Below, in pieces: positions 37,539-52,500 of a DNA stretch of 64,000 nt. The number at the start of each line of letters is the position of its first letter. Position 1 is the stretch's first letter. The stretch comes from Haliotis rubra (taxonomy: Eukaryota). Location of the stretch: the NCBI RefSeq assembly GCF_003918875.1, contig NW_025765593.1:62001-126000 (forward strand). Direction: 5' to 3'. A model generated the notes under the pieces. The model saw only the letters and a list, made by a program, of their open reading frames with translations, was not told where the DNA came from and ran no database searches. The position numbers were made by a program, and so were the translations under genes.

Positions 37539-40500
37539 CTGTGGGGAGATGTTAAACACGTGTATATTGTCATTAACCATTAACTTGACCGTAGACGGCA
37601 TGACCCACTAACCGGCACATCTATGTGGCATTTGCAACTGACAGAACTGAATTACTTTTATGAAAACTATCCATAATTTTAGATAGTGTGACTTATTTTA
37701 TCACGGTTTTTGAGCAACATAATGTAAGATATCTGGTATAGACATGCATTCGTTTGGCACGTCTAAGCTGTTTTACAGCATACAACACACCTATTATCGC
37801 TGGAGGAAGCCCATGCACCGTGACGTTCAACACAGTTGTCTCTCCGTGTGTTCTCATCTCGTCAATAGGAAAACTGAGGGCATGATACGTCGCTCCATTC
37901 TTCAGTGTTACACCCACTAATGTAGCCAAGGTGTACTCCAGATGGACGGGGACAACACTCTGCTGTGTCAGCGTATCTCCCTCAATACCAATCTGAAACA
38001 CAAGCTACTAATGTAAGTACTGGTTTACTGTAGCTAGTACCCCAAGTACTGGTTTACTATAGCAACTACTCCAAGTACTGGTTTACTATAGCAACTACTC
38101 CAAGTACTGGTTTACTACAGCAACTACTCCAAGTACTGGTTTACTGTAGCAACTACTCCAAGTACTGTTTTACTATAGTAACCACTCAAAGTACTGGTTT
38201 ACTGTACCTAGTGATCCATGTATTGTTCTGCTGTAGCTAGTACTCCAAGTACTGTTTTACTATAGTAACTACTCCAAGTACTGGTTTACTATAGCAACTA
38301 CTCCCAGTACTGGTTTACTATAGCAACTACTCCAAGTACTGTTTTACTATAGCCAGTGCTCCAAGTACTGGTTTACTGTAGCTAGTACTCCAAGTATTGG
38401 TTTACTATAGCAACTACTCCAAGTACTGATTTACTGTAGCAACTACTCCAAGTACTGTTTTACTGTAATAACTACTCCAAGTACTGTTTTACTATAGTCA
38501 GTGCTCCAAGTACTGGTTTACTGTAGCTAGTACTCCAGGCACTGGTTTACTATAGCAACTACTCCAAGTACTGTTTTACTATAGCCAGTGCTCCAAGTAC
38601 TGGTTTACTGTAGGTAGTACTCCAAGTATTGGTTTACTATAGCAACTACTCCAAGAACTGGTTTACTATAGCCAGTGCTCCAAGTACTGGTTTACTGTAG
38701 CTAGTACTCCAAGTACTGGTTTACTATAGCAACTACTCCAAGTACTGGTTTACTATAGCAACTACTCTAAGTACTGGTTTACTATAGCAACTACTCCAAG
38801 TACTGTTTTACTATAGCCAGTGCTCCAAGTACTGGTTTACTGTAGCTAGTACTCCAAGTATTGGTTTACTATAGCAACTACTCCAAGAACTGGTTTACTA
38901 TAGCCAGTGCTCCAAGTACTGGTTTACTGTAGCTAGTACTCCAAGTATTGGTTTACTATAGCAACTACTCCAAGTACTGGTTTACTATAGCAACTACTCT
39001 AAGTACTGGTTTACTATAGCAACTACTCCAAGTACTGTTTTACTATAGCAAGTGCTCCAAGTACTGGTTTACTGTAGCTAGTACTCCAAGTATTGGTTTA
39101 CTATAGCAACTACTCCAAGAACTGGTTTACTATAGCCAGTGCTCCAAGTACTGGTTTACTGTAGCTAGTACTCCAAGTACTGGTTTACTATAGCAACTAC
39201 TCCAAGTACTGGTTTACTATAGCAACTACTCCAAGTACTGGTTTACTATAGCAACTACTCCAAGTACTGTTTTACTATAGCCAGTGCTCCAAGTACTGGT
39301 TTACTGTAGCTAGTACTCCAAGTATTGGTTTACTATAGCAACTACTCCAAGAACTGGTTTACTATAGCCAGTGCTCCAAGTACTGGTTTACTATAGCAAC
39401 TACTCCAAGTACTGGTTTACTATAGCAACTACTGCAAGTACTGTTTTACTATAGCCAGTGCTCCAACTATTGGTTTACTGTAGCTAGTACTCCAAGTACT
39501 GGTTTGCTGTAGCAACTACTCCAAGTACTGTTTTACTATAGCAACTACTCCAAGTACTGGTTTACTATAGCAACTACCCCAAGTACTGGTTTACCATAGC
39601 TAGTGCTCCAAGTACTGGTTTACGGTAGCAACTACTCCAATTACTGGTTTACTATAGCAACTACTCCAATTACTGTTTTACTATAGCAACTACTCCAAGA
39701 ACTGGTTTACTATAGCAACTACTCCAATTACTGGTTTACTATAGCAACTACTCCAAGAACTGGTTTACTATAGCAACTACTCCAATTACTGTTTTACTAT
39801 AGCAACTACTCCAAGTACTGTTTTACTATAGCAACTACTCCAATTACTGGTTTACTATAGCAACTACCCCAAGTACTGGTTTACCATAGCAACTACTCCA
39901 AGTACTGTTTTACTATAGCAACTACTCCAAGTACTGGTTTACTGTAGCAACTACTCCAATTACTGGTTTACTATAGCAACTACTCCAAGTACTGGTTTAC
40001 TATAGCAACTACTCCAAGTACTGTTTTACTATAGCAACAACTCCAAGTACAGGTTTACAGTAGCAACTACTCTAAGTACTGGTTTACTATAGCAACTACT
40101 CCAAGTACTGGTTTACAGTAGCAGCTACTCTAAGTACTGGTTTACTATAGCTAGTGCTCCAAGTACGGTTTTACTATAGCAACTACCCTCAAGATTATGA
40201 TATTTATCAACTACAAACGTATACAGCTGCAATGATTGATGCTTTACGTTCCGTGTTTTCTGATTTTCTGAAGATATTGAGTTTACCACTGTTTTGAAGT
40301 GTCGGCTGGTTTTGTCCCATCGGAGTCGGACTTTCTCCTGACTCTGGTGACACATATCCCTCTCACTGTACACCGACTGACTTTCTCTCAGGACACTGAA
40401 GCCAGGAACTGATGTCTGGTTCCTTGTATTGACCACTTCAACTCCATCCGACGTCATGGCCGCCGCCAGCCCCGCCTTGTTGAAGCATCGAACTGTGCTG

Positions 40501-43500
40501 TAGACTGTCACGGGCGATGTGTGGAACTTAGAGGCGATGTCATGTTGGGCTGTGGACTGACCCGGGGGGACCCTCTCAAACTGCTTCATGTCACTGCTGC
40601 CTCGTGTCCTCCCTTGTCATCGAACAAGATACATAGCGTGCATACAAGAAATGGTTAAGATGTTTGTATATATACTCATGGAAAGAAATACGGGAACATA
40701 TGAACGTACAAGTGTTCCTTTATTCTCTTGCAGGTTTCTTCACAAGGTATATATTGCACTGTGGGGAAATTCTGGAACTAAATAAAGGAACACCTGTGCT
40801 TGCATGTGTTCCCTTATTCCTTTCCATGAGTATATATGAATACATAAGGACTATATTTAAATACTGTGACGCCAAACTCGCTATACGTGGAACTGTTTCC
40901 ATCTAAATTATATATAAAACTGTTTATGTCCATTTACTATTGTAGTGAAGATGCTTCATCCATTAGAATTACATATTCCAGGTTTGGACTCAAGATGAGA
41001 TCAGTACACATATTTCACATGCATTTTTATCATTTGTGGCTTGCAGATGTCAGGAATTCCCAGAAATATATTACATATTGTACAGCAATATTGATCAATT
41101 TTAGGATTGCCTGCATTTGTGTCTGACATAAGATGTTTACTCTTTGAAAGTAACCACGCAGTACACATGTCGTTGCCATGGATCTTTCATTCAAGCCTCT
41201 TTATGATAAACAACACAGAAAACGCAAGCTTTTAAAATTGTTAGCGATGAAGTTATACCACGTACCAATAGCCCAGTCGCAGTGTTCTACACCTGATTCT
41301 TCATCTCTGACTTGCCAGTAGACACTCACCACACCTGATGTCTGATAGTCTTCATCTCGTCCTGGAACAAACGGAAACACTCAATCTGTGTCAATGAAGC
41401 AACTAGATTACTATGTTACGAAGAACTCTTTCAATTATTGGATGTAATATTAATCCATCAATAGAAGTGGACCTGCAACTAAATTATCAATGTCAATTTT
41501 ACCATCCAGACCATCACTGATGAGGTCGAACTGTGGTGCAGTCATGTCTACTGTGATGGCGTCAGCGTACGTCACAGCTGTCAGCCCAGCAACATTCGTC
41601 GCCATGACAGTAATGTAAACAGTGGTCCCATGGAGCAGCTGCACATTAGACAGTGTTCCCTGTGTGGCTCGACCTAGGTCCGTGTAGCCCTGGACATGTG
41701 TACCACCTGGAGTTGTGCCTGGAACACAAGGACCCTCTGGTATAATAAGCAATAACTTACACATGGACTAATATATAACATTATATCGGTAACGGCACAC
41801 TTAAGCAATGGTGTGTTGATGAGCTCTCGAAAGGTTAGAAAGTACTGTGTATATGAGTGTGTGTGTGTGTGTGTTGTTGTACGCTGATTTTAGCAATAAT
41901 CTAACAATATCACGACGGAGGACAATAGAAATGTACTTTGCACATTGTACCCACATGGTGAACCAAAGCAGGGAATCTACTTAGCTATAGTTTCAGATCT
42001 GGTCCTATGTCATATATTATGCTTTCCTCTACGGCCCCTAGTAAAAATCCTTAAAACTAAAAAGGAATATACAAGTTAATATCTTGTTCTTGGAATCATA
42101 ATATCGGACATTTGCCATTAACTCTATCACAGCGGTGCATATAATAGTCACAAACAGTGTATGGACGTAATGACAGCAAAACTAGTTACCAATCGCCCAT
42201 TTGTACTGTGTAATTGGAGATTGTAGGTCCTCAAAGTGCCAGGAAGCATGTAGAGATGACCAGTGAGACAGGAACACAGAATGGACCACCAGATGCTCCT
42301 CATTGTCAACACTGTCCTGACCAGCAACATAGTCCACGGTCTGGACACTCACATGGTCCAGTACAAACTCCATCATCCTTGACGATGACGTTATCGTCAG
42401 CACTACACTGGTACCAACGGCTGTGAACCTGTATGTGTGCTTGTTCCAGAGGACGACTGAGTGATCTCCGACACTGCAGGTGCCTCTACAGAGATAAGGG
42501 TCCAGGGTAAAGCTGAAGACTTCACTTCCTATTGTAACTATTGCATCAACTGATCTGTGGGTGTTGGAAACAGTCTCTGGATATCCAGCATGCAGAGTCA
42601 CCTTGTACTGCCTCCCAACCTCAAGTCCTGAGATCATTTGTTGGATGCTTCCACTTACGGACACAAACATATGTCCATCTTTAGCTAAAGGTGAATCCGG
42701 CGCCTGAACCTTGATACAGGACGCTGTGTCAGTTTCCCATGATGTTGGTATGACGAGGTTGCAGCTTGATGTACTACCTGTAATATCGTCTACCTCGAAA
42801 GATGGGTTCTTCACCAGATTGTCTCCAAGATATGCTACATTCTGACGTTCAGGTGGAGATGCATCAACAACGACTCCATCAGATACAACAACATCAGAGG
42901 TGTAACCAACAGCATCCACCGCATACACCTTGCTCCATATTCTTGTACCTGAACACAAGATAATGTGATAGGTATGTACATACACATCATCCTATATCTA
43001 ACATAAGTGGCACTAACATAAGGTATACTCACTGACCATTAACGATTGGAGATAAGAGTGACCTCCTAGAATATGTGTGTAGTCCTGTAGCCAACCAGTC
43101 CATCACACTGCAATCTGATGTGTCGTTGATTGTCCCCACACACCAGAAATACTTGGCTATGGTGGAGTCTGTGTCCGAGAAGCCGTACCAGGAGGCAGAG
43201 ACTTCGGATGTTGAACTCTGGTAGTCCACGTCATGGATATCTGCAGACATTTTCAACATAAATAATAAATATGTTTAAAAAGTTTACTGTATATATCATA
43301 CCTACGTTAATACCATATCAAGAGAGAAGAAAAGATTGACAATATTACGAACCAAGTCCGTCCATTATTCTGCCTGCCACTGGAGGAATGACGTCCACTT
43401 GTACTCCATCAGAATAGGCCCACCTGACCAGACCAGCCTTGTTGTAAGCCAGGACACTGCAGTAGTAGACGGTGTTTGGACGTAACCTCAGACCTGTCGC

Positions 43501-46500
43501 TGTATGGCTGGTGAAGGTCAGGTCCCCTGATTCATGAATACTGTGACCTGCATCATATAGTATGTAAAACTAGGACTATTGCCTTTCAAGAATGGAGTCC
43601 TCCAAATTCAACAGTTATACGATTGTCTGTTGAATTAGTGAATTGCAATTAGACGAAATTTGTCAAAGTCAGTATTCAAAATACCTCCTTGCACAGTGCT
43701 GATAAAGACCCTGTATTTGAGGATGCCGCTCTGACCCTGAAGGAACTTTCCACTCCACTGGACAAACAGAGTTTCGTTCTGTGTCTGAAAGTCTGTATCT
43801 TTGGTGTCAGTTGGGTGTGCAAGCTCTTTCACCTGTGGTAACACAGCAGCGCTAAGTCACTCCATCTAAACACATGCACCTTCTACAACACTGAAACCAA
43901 CGGCAGCTCTGTAAATACATGTGAACAATATAATAGCAGATACTTACAGTTTGGCCCAACTTGACTGTTACTGTGGGTGGTGCTGTTTGGATAAGGACGC
44001 CATCCGATTTGAAGATACTGTAGGTTTTGTTATACCACGCTCTCACAAAGAAGGAATATTTTACTCCAGATGTCAGAGACTTGCCTGCAAATCATCATGA
44101 CACGTAAATCAGCTGTTTACGTATATTGAGATTGTTGAAGTGCTATGTCGATGAGTGATTGGTTAATACCAATTGATTAAAGCTTCCATATAAGCATTTT
44201 GTGTCGTGTGAAGTTGTACACGAGTATGATTCATTCTCACCTGCAGGTAAGGAGACAACAGCAGATGTTTGTAGACCTGCATCAAACCAAACCCTGTCGG
44301 CCGTGGCGTGAAACACTCCCCTTGGCTCATCACTCTCTTCTCCACCTATACTGTATTCATATCTGTTCCAAAGGACAAATATTACAGACAACAAATAACA
44401 AATAGCACGTGCCAGGATGCATCTGCGAACTCATGTACATATTACAAAGTATGCATAGTGTGTATAGAAAAGACTGCTTACCGTGAAACAGGTGATCCCC
44501 CTGACGAGTCAGTCCAAGTGGCAGCCATGACAGTGTTGAACAGACTGACGTCGATGTCATTAGAACCACCCTGAGACATGAGGTCCACCACGTCTTTGAT
44601 TGTGATGTTTTTATCTGCTCCACCAAGATGCAAAGGGGTTGAAGTTTTCGTAAGAAAACGGAAATGAGGGTTTCTAGCAGCTAAACCCTTCCTGCTCTGT
44701 TAACCTGTTGTGAGTTTATGTACTGGACATTTAGCCATTAATGAAAGACACGTGTAAGAGATCTATAGCTACGAAAATGACTGAAATGTGATATTAGGTC
44801 CTAATCTTTCTGTTTGGTTTCTCTTTTCTCAACAAACCTGTTTTGTCTTGTGTACATGTTTTACTGGCAGAACAGGTACCGCCCTGTACAGCACAGACAC
44901 AATGGCCCTCACAGTTGTAGGCCTGGCACCTCCTCACCAGCCACAGTGTAGAGTTAGCCTCCAGGACCAGTTCAGCGTGGTAGGCATCACTCTGTAGGCC
45001 AACCTAGAAGTAGCATTGGGTACAATCATGCTTTGAGTATAGGATATCTTCAGTTCACAAAGGTTTAGGACAGCGTCAAAGTACCTACCCCATTCACACC
45101 CCAGATAGCTACAAACACAGATCCTGATGACGGCAGGGTACGAGTGTGTACTGTGAAACGTTGCAGGACTCCTTCATCACCCTTGTTCACACCCGAGTCA
45201 CTGTGGAAGACCTTCTCATGTAGTGTACCCTGAAATAAACATATATTTGTGTATGTACAAGGTGGATCTTCCCTCCTTGTACATTTACACCATGTAACAT
45301 TGTATGTATAAACAACTCGTATTTCTATATATATGGGTATTGCGATCGTTGTCTCAAAGAAATTTCTCACTGTATTGTAATCTGTTCCGAATTCGTGAGA
45401 TCCTATTGTTACAAGGTAATGGTCCACCCCTGAATGTAGGTCAGAGAAGCCAAGCCACGCCAGGTTCAGACTGGTCCTGGTCCAAGTCATCAAGCCAGTC
45501 TGATGTCGTGGAAGTTTTACTGCATGGTCAGTTTCTATGGCGAACGTACCTGCAGATTAAATATTACATCATCATCATTACTATTATCGACGTCATCGTC
45601 CTGAGATTTCTCAGCAGAGTAAGATTATCATTCATTGATCTGTTTATTTGGACCACAACAAAATCATACCTGTATTTGGTTTCGAGCTGTCAACCAAAAT
45701 GTTGTTTGTGTTTGCCGATACACAGAGACCCGCCATATTGCACGCGGTAACCTTCACCTTGTATTTACTTCCATCATGCAAATCAAGGTTCACAAAAATG
45801 TATTCTCGGAGTAAACCAGGCACCTGGAATACAACATACATGGATGAAAAGATGAACGCTCAGTATTCCTGTGTATTGACAATATTTCAGCTTGACATTA
45901 CAAGACCTGATTATCCTTTGTTAAGCTATATGACGGCGGTCTATACATAAACGATTCTGGACTAGATAATATAGTGATTTACATCATGAGCATCAATCTG
46001 CGCAATTGGGATACGGTGACGTGCACCATCCAAGTTAGTCCACCCGATCCCGTTAGTCGCATACCATTAGTACCGTTACAATAAATATGGGTTGTTGGAG
46101 ACCGATTCTAACTGAATGCCATATATACTGCGTTTTATATATAAGACAAACCTTTACCTCAAGATTAGAACTATCTATCTCTCCAAGCTGGTGAGATGAT
46201 AAGGAGAGGTATTGGCGTTCTATCGAGGACTCGGCGTCTTGGAACTCCCACTGTAGACCTATAGCTGTCCGACTTACTGTAGTGTTAGGAACAAGGGACA
46301 TTAACCTTCTCACTGTCGGAGGTGAAACCACAATGGGAATGCTGTCATCCACCAGTACCCCATTAGACATGGCCTCTGAATAAAGCCCTAAACATGATGC
46401 AGTATTTGTCACGATTCTGTCTACCTGCTACACCTACAATTCGACTGTTGTCGTCAACCGTCTGCAACATACCTGCTTTGTTGAATGCCCGGATAGTGTT

Positions 46501-49500
46501 GTACAATGTCCGTCCTACGGGCAACTGTTGGTCATGTGGCAGGGTGTGGAAGATGACCTCACCCAAGGCTGCAGTGCGGGCTGAGAGAATGTCGTCAGCT
46601 CCTGGTTTTGTTCCGACACGCCATTCATAGTAATCTAATCCGGATTCAGGGTCGCTAAAGCCTCTCCACTTGCAACCAATGAATGTCCTGCGAAGCATAC
46701 CAACTCTCTGTAAACACTGCATAGTTCCAAAGTAATTTAATAATATTTCCGTCAAGATAGAACTGGTTCTACTTAATCATTTCTACTAGATACTCTATTG
46801 TAATACCAAATACTCCTTATCACCTAGTCGCCTGGAACTGTATGTCCACGTAGCCTGTGCCATCCTGCACTGTTCCAGGAACTGGTGGGGAGCTGTCCAG
46901 GATCACACCGTCTGAGGTTGAGGAGCTGCTGCAGAGGCCTGCTGTGTTACAGGCTGTTACTGTGGTGAAGTACTTCACTCCAGGGGAGAGCAGGATGTGC
47001 TGGAGGCTGATATCTGAAATTGAATCGTATCGATATATTTTTCTTGACATTATTTTAAAAAAGCACAGTCGAGAAAGCAATGAACAATCCTCACATTGAT
47101 GTAGCCCTGTCTTGGCTTCTTTCATTTTGTCGTCACATCCTGCGCAGGTTCCGACCTTGACCTTGTAAATGGCGACACTTGAATGAGGATCGTCGAAGCC
47201 TTCCCAGTAGGCTGCCATCCCTGAGACACTGGTGATATAGTCCTTGTCTTTGTCATCATGTGAGGCAGCTGACTGTACTCTGTCATAGACGTGGCCAGTG
47301 GATGGAGGCGTGGTGTCCACTACCAGAGGTCTTGATGAGGACAGTGTGTACAGACCTGCACCGTTGATGGCCTGGAAGAAGGACATCAATAAGATTGCCC
47401 GACATAAGTTAGGACTTCAGACCGTTCTCTATTTATTACAAACAAGTTTATATTATTATTTGAATCTTTAAATTAAAAAAGGTTGTCTGTTTAAGTGAGA
47501 CAGACTAGACTCCTACAACCCAGCTACCTCAACGATCGAGATCTACGGAAGAACTAACACTCGGGGATCATTATGTGTCATCATGTTTTGTACACATGAA
47601 AGAAAAGAAGATAGAAACGTCCAAAGCTACCTTCACAGTTATATAATAAGAGTGACCATCCTCTGTTTTGTTAAGTGTCTCAATGTCCAAACAATCCTCA
47701 ACGGTCATCATGTACTCTGACACATCAGCATACGCAAGTCTGGTGCCCATAGCAACGCTGTATGACTTTATTCCACTTTCCTCGTCTGAGAAAACGTTTC
47801 TCCAGCTGTGGAATATATCAACGCCGTTTATTTTCAAGTGTAGAATATTACTCCATCAACATTTGCCTTGAACAGGACATGAAATCAGAAACGTCGTGTG
47901 ACTTCTTCAGTGTATGTTTTGTCCACCACTAAAGTAAATATTGAAACCTAAATATTTTGATAATTAATGTGAGGATACATTACAAGTATACCTAGCACAC
48001 AAAATTTATTATTCTGTATTGTACATTTGTGAATGTTACCCATATAAAACAATTAGTTAAAGAATTCAACACATAAGAATGATAATACAATCAACTGAAA
48101 AAGAAATCAGTGTTAATAGGTCGAGCAAGTGTGGCAGCTATATATGAATATTTAACGTTAATCCGACCAGAACTGGACATGTCAGCTTCAATAAGAAAGT
48201 CAGTATGTTATCTACAAATGCAGAGTTGTTGAAAATTGCTGCCGTTGTACAGTAATCTCTAGTTCTTGACAGAGTTTGTGTTTAGAATTGAAAACACGTC
48301 TTGTATCAAGAACAAATGCAGCCTATGTATTTATTGACTCAACAAGGTCGGGAAAAATATCATGAAATATATTTTCGTATAGAATGCTAATTTTGTTCGA
48401 GAACCCAACATAATTAGCATCAGCCTGTCCTTTTTTCCTTCAAAGGTTTCTTTGAAAACATTTGTACGAGCTCATATGCCACTTTCTCAACGTTACCAGA
48501 CATGTATAAGACGTGATGTAATGTATCGTCCCTCCACGTCAATGTGTTGCCCTGTTAGTACTGAAGGTGTGGCGTCGACAAGGAAACCCCCTGATACAGC
48601 AACTGTTGTCTTCTTCACAAAATCTGTGGCTGAAAGAAATAGTGTTAAGAGATAAGACATTTCTTAAGAACTGAAGCATTATTTGTAATGCATAGCATAA
48701 GTTGAATGTATACCCATGATGTATTCATCATGGGTCCAAGACATTGATGAAAATGCATTGATGTCACCTTTCTTAGATTTGGAATGAAAGTTTCAAAACT
48801 GTCACAATAAACACATATTTAAGTCTGCCACGAATACCTGGGCCTGTTTTTTCCAAAACATGGAGTTTAAAATGAACAAAGCTGAACTCTATCGACCTTC
48901 AGCTTACCTCTCACTGAAACATAGTATGTACTTCCAGTCTGCAGGTTGAGCCTGTGTAGAATGTACTTGTTTACATGTCCAACACGGGTGTAAATGACGA
49001 CATCTTGTCCACCAGGGAACGTACCTGAAGGTAGAAAACATTTATCTATCAGGAATGACATAAATCTACCTGAGACAGTGATAATTGTCAAGGAATTAGA
49101 AATTGAATATGTTATATGGTAGATCATGAACAAATTGTTCAGTTCATTACCCACTGCAACTTCATAAAAGGCAATCCCAGCAGCATGAGCAGAGAATCCT
49201 TCCTCTTCCACATCAACAAAAGTTGTCCAGCTAATTGCAACTTCTGTTTTGCTAACCTGTACATGAGAAATATATCAATATCAGTGTACTTGCCCAAATC
49301 GATGGCTCTACTGTAGTTTCAGCATTGACCTCACACTAACAACCAAGGTACTTTATATGCTGTCGAAACCAAGGGGAACATTATTTAAAAGGGTTCAGTT
49401 AACCTGAAATGTCCCGTCTATGAGGTTCTCGATGTTCACTGTCCCCGGTGTAGGTGGAGTCAGATCAACAGTGATGCCGTCACTGCAGGCGTTCACTTCA

Positions 49501-52500
49501 GTCAGAGGTGATGTCCACTTCTCAAAACGAGTGTTTTTGTCATCAGCATGGATGCACACATAAAATCTCCTGCCGTGTTGTAAGTAGGACAGCTCTGCAA
49601 ACTCCACGTTGATGAACTCGTTCACTTGAAAAAAGGAAAAGATGAAGGCATGGATGAATGCGACATCTTTTATAAACACCGTACGTTTTTACAAAATATT
49701 GTTAAAACACACACTCACCCGTGTGTCCACACTTGATGACATCCGGCATGCTACAGGGGTCAGTGACGATCATCAGAGTCTCTCTCATGTAGTGAGATGA
49801 GGGGTCCAACTGGTCCCCTGCCACCACTGCCCACGTGTAGTTCCTGTGACGTAGCGTCGGCCACACAGCAGACAGGATGTTCTTGTAGGGAGTGTAGTCA
49901 GCATCATTCCAGTGACTATTCTGATCTAAGGTTATTCCTTGAGCAACATTTTCGTTGTTTGCTCCTGTAATCAATCATAAATGTACCCCTGGGATGTTTC
50001 ATCAACAGAACATTCAGTTCACTAGCCTTAAAACGTACATTTAACGAGGGACTACACATTTTCCTGAAACTTATTGTAACCACGCACTTACCGATAACAT
50101 CTAGAACAACTGCAGGCACGATATTTGGAGGATTATATGCTGCACATTCCTTGACATCTGCTGACACCGTTGTATGTAAACCAACGTGGTTGTAGCCCCT
50201 GACTGATACTCTTCTGCACTTGGTAAAGCGAATCAGTTTTGGCAGATTTAGAGTGAAACTTATCTGAAGACAGAAGAAAGTGGTAGCCAACCCATATACC
50301 ATTTTGTTCACTGATATCGGAAAGGCATCAAAGGTATAAAGAATAGATAAATATTCTATGAACAATTTTACCTTGTCATCAGCCACACTTTCAATAGCAT
50401 CAGCATCCACCGTCTGCCAGCCTATCAACATTTTGTCGTTGTGACTGTCATCTGTCAGACCCCACTCGTATCTGTCCATGACGTCATAAGCTTCTTGTAG
50501 TACCTTTATATCAGGATCACGGAACCGAGCCATCTTCACCTGGATCTAAAACACCATACAAAAAAATACCATAATAACATAATACATACGAATGAAAAGA
50601 AACGGAACGCTTGGAAAGAAATATGTAACTTGCCTGTGCTTGTCCACTGTTAGATTCCCGATACGTCAGCGATATATTGCCTGGTGTTGGAGGATGTGCT
50701 ATGACAGTCACACCGTCACTGTATATGGGTTTAGAACATACATTCACTACACAGAACTTGACAGCAGCTCTGTAGGTTGTCCCTGGTTCTAGATGAAGAC
50801 CGCTAGCCACCACCATATCCGATGTTCCAAGGGGCTCAAACTCTGGTTCAATGTCCCATAGGTCAACTATGAGAATAAAAGCTGAATGGCCAAATTGCAA
50901 CTTTTCAGTAGTTCATTATGCATTTATAGAAACGACAACCCTATTGCACTATTGTATATGAGATACACAGTTTACAGTAAACGTTTTGTGGCGTTTATCT
51001 TACAATACATCTCTTCTGTCATATACAATGGTGAAATAATATCGCACCAATGTAGAAGGAAGTACATTATGGATTAAACATGACCAGTACTTTACTAGAT
51101 ATTTTTTTACCTAATTATGATACATTTCCAGCAGGTAAGTTAACAAGTTAAATTGATTTAATAAACCACTCGGCCTGAGGACAATCGTGACTATGCTAAT
51201 CTTTTTGTCATCGAGCGATCTTCACATACCAGTTCGAGGAACTTTCTTTTTGCAAACTCCATTGTACATCAGGATAACTGAGCAGCCAGTTGCTTGTATC
51301 CCAGTGGGCCGCATATGATGAAGTAGATACTTGGTATGTGTTATCTCGTGAACATCTCTGTTAAGACATTCATCAATACATTTAACCTCTCACATAGAAG
51401 ACCACAAGTGTAGCGACTTTGCATCACACAAGGAATATGTTACTTATATGGCTGAGGATATTATTTCATGAGCGTGAGGGACACGCAATTGTATTTCAAA
51501 GCGATCGAGGAATATATACAAACACTGACTCAAGTATCGTAAAATCGTGAGGATACACGTTATGAAATCTTCATGAGCGACACTGTTCGTCGGTGCGCTT
51601 CGCAAACATTGTTTGATAAACACATTCTGACGGAGTAGGAATTGTTGTTATGAATATGTAAATGATTTTCTTTTTTTGTTTACTGTCGAGATATGTCGAC
51701 TTCCATACTGAATGCCTTGTTGATTAGCTAACCCGGCGACATAGACTGTGACGGCGTTGTGACGTGCATGTTGCGAAACGTATGCACAAAATATCCAGGT
51801 AAACGGCTAATATGTGCAAGGCTATACCTTGATCACATGCACAACACCCTACTAAATCCAGTTACGTAATATCTCACTCACCGTCTGGTTTACTGCACTT
51901 CGGAGAGCACCATTCACTAAAATCAAATTTCGTCGAAAACTCAATTAACTCACAACTAAGAGCATAAATTGACTTTCTAGTAGATTTTAGTTCACATTAG
52001 TTCAGTAAGCCTAATAAGAATCCTGCGGTTTTATAATTTTTAAAGTGTATCAAAATAAACAACAGAGCTTCTGAAACTAATATTTCTAATTATAAAACAT
52101 TCGTTCGTTCAATAGTGTTTTGTGCTGAGAAGCCATGTCTTTTATCATTTCCCATAGAAACTGTCAGACTTGCAGAATTATAGAATTACGTGTTAAATTT
52201 TTATCATGTCGGACAATTTGAAACTAGTCCTTATCATACGGTTAAGGTTAAAACATTTGAGTTGCAAAATCTGAAATCATATATTTCAGAATCATTATAA
52301 TCATAAAGTATATGCAACATTTTAATGCAATTTTTCGTCATCCATGACAACTACAACAAATACCAGAATCACTGCATCCTAGGCCATCTCTGACAATGAC
52401 ATCTGTGATGTCAACATTGGGCCTGATGATCGTCACACCGTCAGAGGACACCGTCACGTCTCCGCCGCCATCGGTAGCAGCCACGACAGTCACAAAATAC

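Noticed and set aside
38000-40187. CRISPR-like array of ~29-bp repeats
   Set aside because: Head-to-tail units without unique spacers, eukaryotic intron context and no cas genes: it is a minisatellite.
40125-40286. C-terminal extension of the 154-aa ORF into the minisatellite
   Set aside because: Intron read-through past the GTG|gtaaac donor; copy A has a stop at the equivalent position.
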